DNA of 64,000 nucleotides from Mytilus californianus (Eukaryota): NCBI RefSeq assembly GCF_021869535.1, contig NW_026262679.1, positions 96,286,001 to 96,350,000 of the forward strand, read 5' to 3'. Shown piece by piece: positions 51,473 to 61,871 of this stretch (position 1 is its first letter; each line of letters starts with the position of its first letter). The notes under the pieces were generated by a model. It saw only the letters and a program-made list of their open reading frames with translations, ran no database searches and was not told where the DNA came from. The position numbers and the translations under genes were made by a program.

Positions 51473-53672
51473 GGCCCGAGAACACAGTTATTTCGTAGTG
51501 CATTTCTTTTAGACAATAAATTCAAATTAAAAAAATCGCACCTGCTCTATCTCAAAAAGATTTTTACAGTGAAGTGTACTACTATTGATACAAATAATAT
51601 CAAAATTATAGAAACTTCTACCAGCTCTAACTCAAAATATTGACAATTCTGTGTTAAGGGGGGCTAAACTTCAGTTTGACAGCTTCTGACATTCTAATTT
51701 TTGACCTTTTTTAACTGGACCAAATCACTACTTAACATAAAGATTCAGCACCCAAATTTTTTTAACATGTAATTTCATCCCCTTACTTAATATTTCATGC
51801 ATGAAATATCAAGAAATAAATTGGGAAAGTGTATCAAAAAAAAATGCAAGTTATACACTGTTCACACTAGGGACTATATTCGTAGACAACGAAAACCAAA
51901 GGACGATAACTGTGTCCTTGGACCTAATAGGATAGAAAGACTTGACCAATTTTAATAAAACTTTGCATGACCTAAGCTTAGGCAATTTTAAGATAGTTGG
52001 CCAAGTTTCATGGCCATAGGATATATATTATAGGAACTAGGGCCATTTTAATATTGAAATTTGGATGTTTATTTTTGACGTTTAAATCAAATATTTTCAA
52101 CTGTCAAGATTTTGGCCTAAAAAATTTAAATATTGCAAAAATTTGCTTTTTAAATACTCTTGAATTTAATATAATAAGTATTAAAAGCAACTGAACACTC
52201 ATTTGATTTATCAGATTTATTACAGTTATTCAAAAGTCAAATTTATATGAGCCTGTGCCTGAAAATAGAGATTTTCGAATTAAGGGAAGCCTTACATAAA
52301 CATGCATTTTTTTCAACCAATTTGAAGTTTTTGAAGGTTTTTAACCATACATTATTCTTCCATATATATTAAATGTACTTTAAATGTAAAGAAAAGTTAC
52401 AAAAAGCATACCACATGAGTATAAAATGGTCTTAGGCCATGTAAGACTGAGAATTATTTAGAGTCCATTTAGGCCGTAGCCCATATTTACATATAAAAAT
52501 GCACACAGAGGCTATAAGGAAGTGAAATTTGTTACTTTTTGCTCATTTTTATGCTAAGATGTCATGATACAAGAAGTCTAATTGCAAAAGGACTCTTGAA
52601 TTCAACTTTTTTTTGCAGACAGTATGGTCTGATGACCAGTTTTTCACTTTTCAATGGCAAACTTGCATGTAGTTTTAGTCTCATTTGGCATATATTTGAA
52701 CCACTTACTATCCTAAAGAAGAAAATTATGGTAGCATATGAAATGAATAGGGTGTACTGATCATTGTAAAGTGGGTTTTTTACAGATTTAGTGAAATATT
52801 TGTGACGGACTACAGATTTTATGTACAAAGCTCTTCACATTTCACATACATCAAACAGGCCGTTTAACCAGGGACATAAATACAAATATTCTCCACATTT
52901 TTTCTGTGATAATCTTCTTTTCTCTAGATTCCGAGTTCACAAATGGTTAATTAAATTTGATTTAAGCATAGAAACACAAATATCAGGAACATAAAAAGCT
53001 GTCAGATAGAAAGTCAGCACGGCTCTTAGGCATAAAATGGAAACTGCTTTAAAATGCTTATTTTAGCCGTATAATGCCAAAATGGGACATTTTAACAGAA
53101 TTTCTGTCAAACAAAGATGTAAATCCTTTACTTTTATTGAGTTTGACAAATTGAAACCAGAAAACCATTCAGGAAAGTTGCCAAAGTACAGAATCTACAT
53201 TTACGGAATTCATCTCTTAGGCCCGAGAACACAGTTATTTCGTAGTGCATTTCTTTTAGACAATAAATTCAAATTAAAAAAATCGCACCTGCTCTATCTC
53301 AAAAAGATTTTTACAGTGTAGTGTACTACTATTGATACAAATAATATCAAAATTATAGAAACTTCTACTAGCTCTAACTCCAAAATATTGACAATTCTCT
53401 GTTAAGGGGGGCTAAACTTCAGTTTGACAGCTTCCGACATTCTAATTTTTGACCTTTTTGAACTGGACCAAATCACTACTTAACATAAAGATTCAGCACC
53501 CAAATTTTTTTAACATGTAATTTCATCCCCTTACTTAATATTTCATGCATAAAATATCAAGAAATAAATTGGGAAAGTGTATCAAAAAAAAATGCAAGTT
53601 ATACACTGTTCACACTAGGGACTATATTCGTAGACAACGAAAACCAAAGGACGATAACTGTGTCCTTGGACC
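51473..53672. mobile_element. A-B-A composite insertion: two ~452-bp TIR-bearing direct repeats around a 1295-bp spacer, 4-bp TSD AAAT
   Basis: A1 51473-51924 and A2 53220-53672 differ at ~7 positions; each has TIRs ggcccgagaacacagttat / ataactgtgtccttggacc; aaat at 51469-72 and 53673-76; single aaat in the empty paralogous site 36509-12. Confidence 0.8.
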
Positions 53673-56083
53673 AAATGATATAGATTTTGAGGGAAAATGA
53701 AAATTGCCCAAAACTTAAAAGCTATAAAAAACATTCATACAATCAAATATTTTGTAATCGTACGAAATAACTGCAATTGAAAATTGAAAGATTACTTTAT
53801 TTTATTCAGACAAAATGAGTTGGTTCATTTGGTTATATGACATATTATTCTTACTTATGTAACATCTACTAGCTCATTGTGTAAAAGTTCGAACATTTTT
53901 TAAACCAAACGATATTTGGCTTATCCGACTTTGTAAGCTACAGCTTACTATGAAAGACTGTTTTTTTAATATTTGGCATGATATACATGCAAATATACAA
54001 AAAGAAACAATTTTGCACAAGAAATAAGCGATTTAAGATATCCGATATGAAACAGAATATAATAATATTAAAAATTAAATGAAAAAAATCTAACTTAATA
54101 ATTATTATAGTAAATGAATATTTGTCAGAAAAATTTAATGTGCATAATTTGCTTTACGTAGGTCAAAACAAGAATAAATCTCTTTTTGCAGAATATTGTA
54201 ATGCTTAGACAGTACTCAAATCTAAATTGCTGTCTAGCATGAATATTTTATGGCACAATATGTTAATCTTCTTACATAAATGACGTGAATAGAAATTTAA
54301 ACGGAAAAACAACTTGTTTTTTAAATACACGCGCAAAAACTGAAAAGAAATTCGAAAATATTATATAGATGCGCAGGAAAAGTTTTCAGTAAAGAATTTA
54401 TAATTCGTAATAGGTTGGATAACAATGATGTATAACGTAACCTTAGTCATTGCGATCTCCTCATCATTATAAATTCCCAACATATCATAGAAAGTTCCGG
54501 TAATTTCGTTCATTTTATGCTACTTTCTATTTCAGTAAATAGTAAACAAAGTATACAGGAGCATGCACTATATCGATATTAGATCTCGTCACTACCTACT
54601 GTCTACACTCACAAATCATACAAATTAAAAAAAAAAAAACATTTACTAACACAAATTTAAAGATATTTACGTTTATTAATGGGCGGGCTAAAATGAATAT
54701 TCATTATTGAAAGCTGATTTATAAAAGTCCTCAAGTATCTGATGCAGGGAATTCATATTGAAGCAACTTCCATTTCCTTTCATTATATATATCGTTACAA
54801 ACAAAGATTTGCACTTATCTATTTACAATGTAAGATCAAAATTTATAAAGGTGTGTTGTAAGACTACGTCATAAGAAACAAGATTAGATTTCGAGATATT
54901 TGCAAAATACTTTTCAGGAAAACAAACCAACAAAAAAATCATTTTGATCATATTATAGCAAAATTAGTATTTTATTTTAATTAGTATATTAATAAGCAAG
55001 TGTTTCCGTATAACCGTGAAATCAAATAAATAAATAAACAAACAACAACAACCAAGCAAAAAAACAAACAGCAGAAAACAAAAAGAACAGGACAAATTCT
55101 ACGCAAAACAATGAAGTTATATATACATGTATAAGTTTATTACGAAAATGACAACCTAGAAACTAGTTCATCAACTAAAATCTTCCCAAATCAATTGCAA
55201 ATGGTGACTTTACTAGTTTCATCTGCACATTTTTAATTTGTAACACTACTGTTCTACTAAATATTCAGCATGGCATGTTTGTGGCGAAAAAGTGCAGAAA
55301 TAATACATAGATTAAATCCTCCAAAAGGAGCGAGACAAGACAGGCTATGTATAGAAATATAATTGGAAACTATTGGTTAACTGCAAAGAATTCAACTCAC
55401 GCTAGGTATATTCATTGTACACAAGAGACTATTTTACTCACTTCTGGTTAGAATGATTTGAATTGTTTTTTACTTTTAGCCGTTAAGTTACTAACTCGTA
55501 AAATATACTTTAATTCCTATGATGAATACATTATATAATGGGAATCATCCGACAACAAAAACTTTGGATGTGATATTCATTTCAAGTATTTTTAATGTTT
55601 GAGTATAGTTTTGGTTGTAAAAAGCAAGTGACAATTTTGGTTTTCTTCCGAAGTTTGTTCTGCACATTTAAAAAAAATATTCCATACATTTTAAGGTGAA
55701 AAAAGTAATGTAGTATTGCTTCATTTTCAATCGATTAATCTTCATTGCTAAAATCTTGGCTTACACTATTGGTAATGAAATCATTGAACACAATTTCTTT
55801 ATTGAGAAATAATCTAGTTAACATGGAAAACATCTCTATCCTAATACATGTCAAATTGTAATTGTTAAAGTATAAGGATTTTGTTTTGGATTTTTACAAA
55901 GATATAAATTAGTATTATGATAAAATAGAGGTCAAATAAGAAACTGATCTTTGGGCACACATCTTATTTTAATTGATGCAAGATATTCCCCTGAAACTTT
56001 CTTATTGTTTTTATTGGAAATAAATGTTATAAAATGCTTTATCTTGCTTTTTCACACTTATATATCAGTTGTATCGTGTTACG
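53673..56083 (+). repeat. Orphan paralogue of the CK upstream/promoter region (no coding exons follow)
   Basis: Colinear with ~36510-40690 (+) and, more closely, with the reverse complement of ~61815-64000; includes TATAAAA at 56028-34 and the start of the 5' UTR, cut at ~56083. Confidence 0.8.
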
Positions 56084-56930
56084 GGTCAAAGACACACAAC
56101 TAATTAGTTTTCCGCATATTTTTTCGTCATACTTGAAGACGTTGATTTGATAATTGGTATATAGTTTTATCGTGATAAGTTACAGATCAGGTTCGAATTG
56201 TGTTCCGATCTGATGATTCAGGGTAAAGTTATGGTCCTTGGACTGAGAAAATGCACCCAAATAATCTGTTTTCCGCATATTTTTTCGTCATACTTGAAGA
56301 TATCGATTTGATAATTGGTATATAGTTTTATCATAACAAGTTACAGATCAAGTTCGAATTGTGTTCCAGTTTAATGAATTTGTTCAAAGTTATGGTCCTT
56401 GGACTAAGAAAATTCCCCCAAATTATCAGTTTTCCGCAATTATTTTTTTGTTATTGCTTGAAGATATTGATTTGATAATTTGTACATAATTTTATCATGG
56501 CAAGTTACATATCAAGTTCATATTTTGGTCCAGTCTGCTGATGTTTGTGCTGAGTTTTGGTCCTTGGACTTAATATTCTATAAATTCACACACATTATCA
56601 GTTTTCCTCAATTTTTTGTTGTTGTCATGCTTGAAGATATTGCTTTAATAATTGGTTTATAGTTTTATCATGACAAGTAATTGCTCAAGTTTCGAGTTTT
56701 GTTCCGGTTTGGTGATTTTGTGCAGAGTAATGGTCCCTGGACTTAATACAAATTTACTTAATAATCAGTTTTGCACATTTTTTTTTCTCGTCATGCTTGA
56801 ATATATTGACTTGATATTTGTTCTATAGTTTACACCATGACAAGTTATAGATCAAGTTAATATTTTGTTCCAGTACAATGAATTTTTAACCGGTAGTGAC
56901 TATGTATTGCAATGCATTACTTTCAGAATG
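56084..56930. mobile_element. Helentron/HINE-like non-autonomous element with internal 161-172-bp tandem array (~5 units)
   Basis: Units start at 56108, 56269, 56430, 56602, 56769 (tttt(c/g)c..ttgaagat.tt..agttttatc..atggtcc.tggact); end has a short palindrome gtattgc..gcattac and cttgtt. The class assignment is inference. Confidence 0.6.
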
Positions 56931-58074
56931 CTTGTTTTGATAGAACTCCTTTCTCTAGATATCAGTTTAGGAGTCCTAAAATAGTCACTGAATATTTTCG
57001 GATTAAGTCAAGGGGTACATAGTTCTCGTTTCTTCAGGAAAGGCGATGCTACAGAGCTGTCATAAATGGTTGACCAGATTCTAAACCTCAGGCAATGTGT
57101 AGATGGAAGTCTATGTCATTTCGTTCATATATTCAAATACAACAATGGGTATAACTGTTTGAATTTTTTCTAGTTTTATGTTTAGAACTTGTAATTACTT
57201 TAGTAATACTAACCGTTATGTAAGATTAGCAGTTTCGCCAGTAACCATTAGAGTTTGGTTTCCACCTTTGTAGAAAAACAATTTATTCAAGCTCGGAATA
57301 TACCAGGTGGCATTCATCTTGTACAAGATTAAGCTGGAATTCGGTTTTCAATATCTCTAATCTTACACATATGCAGATATGCGGAATTGATTGAGTTGAC
57401 AATACGACAGGAGTATAACATATAAGATGTGGGAAAATACTGTGAATATAGTTTCAGTTCTTTTACTGAATATCAGATTGTTGTGGTCTTAAGTTTGCCA
57501 AATAATCATGACATTATTTCGTAGTAACAGAAACAATGATTAGAACCAGAAAGAGGATAATCAGCTGGCTGGCTAGTTGGATCATTCGTCAAGGGGAATA
57601 TTGCAATCAAAACATACGATACTCCTATGTATCTCCCAATTCCATATTTAAATGCCAAGATGGTGAACATTTGACTCATAATGGTAATACATTTTGCTTA
57701 CCACATTTCAAGGCGCGGTAGAAGCCTTTTCTTGTCTACACACCACATACTTTTCACAATGTGTATTAAGAAATTGCATGATATTCATTAGAATTCAGTT
57801 ATCGTAAGGGCTTAAATATATGAGTCCTTTATATTGTATTTGGCTCACAGCTTCTACGCAGCTCTATCCGCTTTAAATGGCGGTTGACCCGCCGTCAATT
57901 TGGCACATTTCGCTGCGTTTCCTTTAGATATGCGTCATTTGGCGTCATATTTCATTTAGCATCCAAAACATTTGATATTGTGGGTCTCTGTATCCCAAGA
58001 CCACCACACAAAAATTTACGAATCTCTGTTTCCCAGGATTCATTTAATTGGATGCTTCATTTATTGTAAATAAT

Positions 58075-58290
58075 TAGTTATCTAGTTATCTATCTAGTTA
58101 TCTTTCTGTAGTCTGCCAATATGAAAGGTGACTACGTTTAATTAATTATCTATTTACTATATATATATCTTAATTATTTATCTATTTAGTTATCTAGTTA
58201 TCGTGTCGTAGTTTGCCAATATGAAAGGTGACTACGTTCATTCAAATATCTATTTACTATACATATATATATATCTTAACTGTTTACCTA
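58075..58290. repeat. ~100-bp tandem duplication with tagttatc microrepeats
   Basis: gccaatatgaaaggtgactacg at 58115 and 58215. Confidence 0.85.
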
Positions 58291-58374
58291 GTTATATGTG
58301 TTTATAATTTTATAATAAAGCTGTGGCCAAATACTGCCAATACCGTGTTTCTAATCATTGCGCATCAATAATAA

Positions 58375-58575
58375 TAAGGATTTTCTTATCCCAGGCATAG
58401 ATTACCTTAGCCGTATTTGGCACAACTTTTTGGAATTTTGGGTACTCAATGCTCTTCAACTTTGTACTTGTTTTGAATTTCTAACTATTTTGATCTGAGC
58501 GTCACTGATGAGTCTTATGTAGACGAAACGCGCGTCTGGCGTATCAAATTATAAGCCTGGTACCTTTGATAACTA
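58375..58575 (+). mobile_element. Retrozyme-like short element carrying a hammerhead
   Basis: ~200-bp unit containing the HHR below; related decayed copies at ~34030-34135 (+) and ~20820-20925 (-). Confidence 0.65.
58499..58542 (+). ncRNA. Intact minimal type I hammerhead ribozyme motif
   Basis: Stem I gcgtca/tggcgt; CTGATGA; stem II GTCT/AGAC; GAAA; C-G pair with palindromic loop GCGC; GUC cleavage triplet at 58534-36. Confidence 0.85.
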
Positions 58576-59122
58576 TGAAAATGTAAAGTTTTGTTCTCTA
58601 AGACTTCACTGTCATCTTTTGTTGCAACTGTACTTATATATGGATCTTTTTTCCATTTCACTGATTAACATTAACAAGACAAAGGCTGAGCGCTAAAAGC
58701 TATTCCAACCTCACAGCATATGTATTTTCATGTCAAAAATCAGTAACCTTGTTTCTCTAAGTTATATATTGTTCTTGTATGTTATAGTGTCTTGTGCTAG
58801 TTCAGATCGTTGTGAGTTTCTGTTACAATTAATTTACAAAGTGGAGACAATTTTCGTCTTCGTATTTTCTATTGTCAAAGACCATACGTTGACCTCGATT
58901 TGTCTACTATGCGTGTATATAATGTGATTGTTGTATATACCAGAATTTGCTACATATCACATTCATTATCTAATAGCATGGTTTATATAAATTCTTATGG
59001 TCGTAGATTTGTTTTGCATGTTACTGAATTTATGATTTTAAACAAATAAATTATATTCAGTTTGACGTACCCTCCAGGATATTGTCTCTTACAATTAAAC
59101 CATAAGTTAACCTAGCGATGTA

Positions 59123-59230
59123 TTAATGATTACAAACTGAGCAGTTTCCACTGGTAAATATGCCTGGGAATCCAGAAACCGGAGGTGCAGCGTCTAAATG
59201 TGGTTTAGTCCACCCTGTGATGTTTGTACC
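59123..59230 (-). pseudogene. CK3 exon 3, donor lost and followed immediately by TAA
   Basis: tttattcag| GTNITGWTKPHLDAAPPVSGFPGIFTSGNCSVCNH*; CAG|gtatgt is replaced by CAT TAA and unrelated sequence; no exon-4 homologue found further along the minus strand. Confidence 0.8.
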
Positions 59231-59541
59231 CTGAATAAATATTTTTTTATAACGATCTAAAATAACTTAGAAATCAAAAAGCAAATGAAAACAAATATCG
59301 AGCGTTCATTAATCTACCTAATCAGATCTCAGTGTGTCTAAATCTTAGATACTATTGTCACCACACTCAAAGCACTTAGTAAAATTTGAAAGAACAATCT
59401 TATGGGATAAACAAAACAAATAATTCGGGTAAAATGCAATATTTTGCTTTCATGTAAATCCAAAGTCTGATACCTAGCCGAATATCAATGTGTTATATTT
59501 TCTAGTACACATGGTAAGATAGAAAATATTATTATACTTAC

Positions 59542-59709
59542 AACTTTCTGTTTCAATGATTCGGCTGATGGTTTTATACGGGTATACAATCTTTCCAGTA
59601 TCTGTAATCTCATATAATTTTCAGGCGATTCAGTACTGCAGGAAATGGGCATCGCCAATAATGGCAGTACATCGTACAGAACACACAAAACGGAGACGGC
59701 TACGAATGA
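59542..59709 (-). CDS. CK3 exon 2 (truncated gene copy)
   Basis: atattttcag| SFVAVSVLCVLYDVLPLLAMPISCSTESPENYMRLQILERLYTRIKPSAESLKQKV |gtaagt; 49/56 aa identical to CK2. Confidence 0.85.
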
Positions 59710-61147
59710 CTGAAAATATTTATGTTTCACAATGTGTTAAAAGAAAATCAACACAAATTGTTACATAAAGTTCAAAATACTGTGTCAAATAAAGAGATAT
59801 TATTGCAAATAATTCTATTTAAATAGAAGGCGCTATATATATGTGTGTAAGTGTATGTGATGATATTTAAAATATGCTACATTGTACATACTGTAATACA
59901 CTTTAGTGTGACAAAGGCATAAATCAACATCTTTTACAAAGCGAAATTTAAATAAAAAGTGTCGTGGTTACAAAACAATCAATATCTGATGCAAATTAGG
60001 GTAGTTAACCTAATTAAAGGGACATTACCCTTAAACATCACTGATATAATTATGTCTACTATTTGCATCAATATGTTTAAGCTTCCAAGAAACAAAGATT
60101 ATTTGAATTATGTTTATTAAATGTTAAAAAGGGAACAACCCTGTCTATAACAAACATATTTTTGATTAAAGAGTTATCTTCCTTTACCTTTATTTGAGAT
60201 ACTATTCTATCCATACAAAATATGAAAATCTAAAGGTTTGTTTTATAATGTAAACGTCAGTTTAAATAGAAATGAAATAATATATATATATATAATTACA
60301 TAAAATGTATGTTGAGTTAGAATCCGTAATTTTGCTTGAATGACAACAATATCGAGACACTCCAATATCATATTTTATTCGCGTATAAAAACGAAAGCTA
60401 TGAAAGCACGTGCTATCCTTGACAACGTTAAAAAAATGCATTGCAAAACAAACGAAAAGTTTGATAAAACTCTTAATTTCATGGTTGTAACATACAAATG
60501 TAATTATGGGAATCGAATGCTTCTTTTTATTATTTTATAGCGTTGTAAAAGCATTATGGTGCGCTTAACTAATTTCTCAATCATTATCTTGATATCTATG
60601 GTTAAAATTATTTGCAATTACGAAGAAAAATAACATAATCGAGCAAATCGATGGGAAATGAATCATACAAACATATTAAAGGTCTGCACTTTAATAGGTT
60701 TTCATTTTCATCTTTACAAGTTCATCATTTGAATCACTTTCAAAAACATTAAAATCACATATTTTCAAAAGTATAACGATTTGAGTACCTAAGGAAGTAA
60801 AAATTATTATCAGCTACTTAAACTGTAGGAAAGAACTTGAAGGTTTTTATCACCATTTGTTACATAAATTTTATTCAACAAATCGTGTGATTTAACAAAT
60901 ATCTTTCCATTCATTATCCCCACTAGAATAGAAAAATAGAAGTAAATATTTTTTAACAATAACTTAACATGCTAAATAAAAAAACTTTAGTTATTGCTTT
61001 TAAGCATTTTGTTTAATCACTGGGTCAAAATTGAATTAATTCGAACAGTGGCATATAAAAGAGGTGTGAAATATTTGCTATACTAGATTTAGGTGTTGAC
61101 ACTTTTCTGTTTAAATGTAGGGGAAAATGAATATATACGACACTCAC

Positions 61148-61156
61148 GGATTTCAT
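61148..61156 (-). CDS. CK3 proximal exon 1 (M-K-S)
   Basis: ATG AAA TCC|gtgagtgtcg. Confidence 0.6.
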
Positions 61157-61780
61157 TGTAACTAAAAATGTTTTTGACTGACTGAAATAACTGTAAAACG
61201 TTTTTAATGCAAAAATCATCTTTCTGAAAAATTTCTTTAGTAAATAAAAAAAAAAGGTATGTGCTTGCCCACAGAACGATGAGTTCTATATTTTTTTCTC
61301 TTTTTTAGTCTATTTAATATCCATTTGTAAAATTCACAAACATTAATAATTTCCGTTCGGTGTAGTGTGTCCGAATGTAGACTAGATTTATTCAGCCCTG
61401 TATTTATTTAATCACTAAAGATTTATTTCGCTATACATTTGGCACATTTTTAATTTGTATTTTCCTAGAAATTATTATATCAAATCAGTTATCAACTTCC
61501 TCACTCATAAAAAAATCACTAATATTTCAAACTTGTGTGTTGATCTTAAAGTAGAATGATTTATTATTTTTTCTTAATACTGAAAACGGTTATAAGAATA
61601 CAAGGATATATCAAATATCTAAATTCATGGTCTTGCTTTAGATATGTTTATAATCAAAACATTATTAAGTATGAATGTGATGCATTATTTAATGCAATTG
61701 AAATCACCTGTTTTACTAGAAGTAGGCATTACACTTATTTTGATGAAAAGCAAAGGCCTAGAAATATTCACGACACTTAC

Positions 61781-61789
61781 TGTTTTCAT
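61781..61789 (-). CDS. CK3 distal exon 1 (M-K-T)
   Basis: ATG AAA ACA|gtaagtgtcg, 82 bp after TATAAAA. Confidence 0.7.
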
Positions 61790-61864
61790 TGCAACTTAGA
61801 ATATGTCGATTTACTAGTTACAAGATACAACTGATATATAAGTGTGAAAAAGCAAGATAAAGCA

Positions 61865-61871
61865 TTTTATA
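61865..61871 (-). promoter_or_regulatory. TATA box of CK3 distal promoter
   Basis: Minus-strand TATAAAA in a context nearly identical to 56028 and homologous to 40631. Confidence 0.65.

Noticed and set aside
56108-56930. Regular repeat arrays as possible CRISPR (also 5693-5808, 25401-25546)
   Set aside because: Units are contiguous with no unique spacers, and the context is eukaryotic with no cas genes.
59710-59730. ORF-track N-terminus MKHKYFQ of CK3
   Set aside because: Starts at GTG within the intron and spans the acceptor ttttcag; the matching CK2 sequence is not open in this frame.
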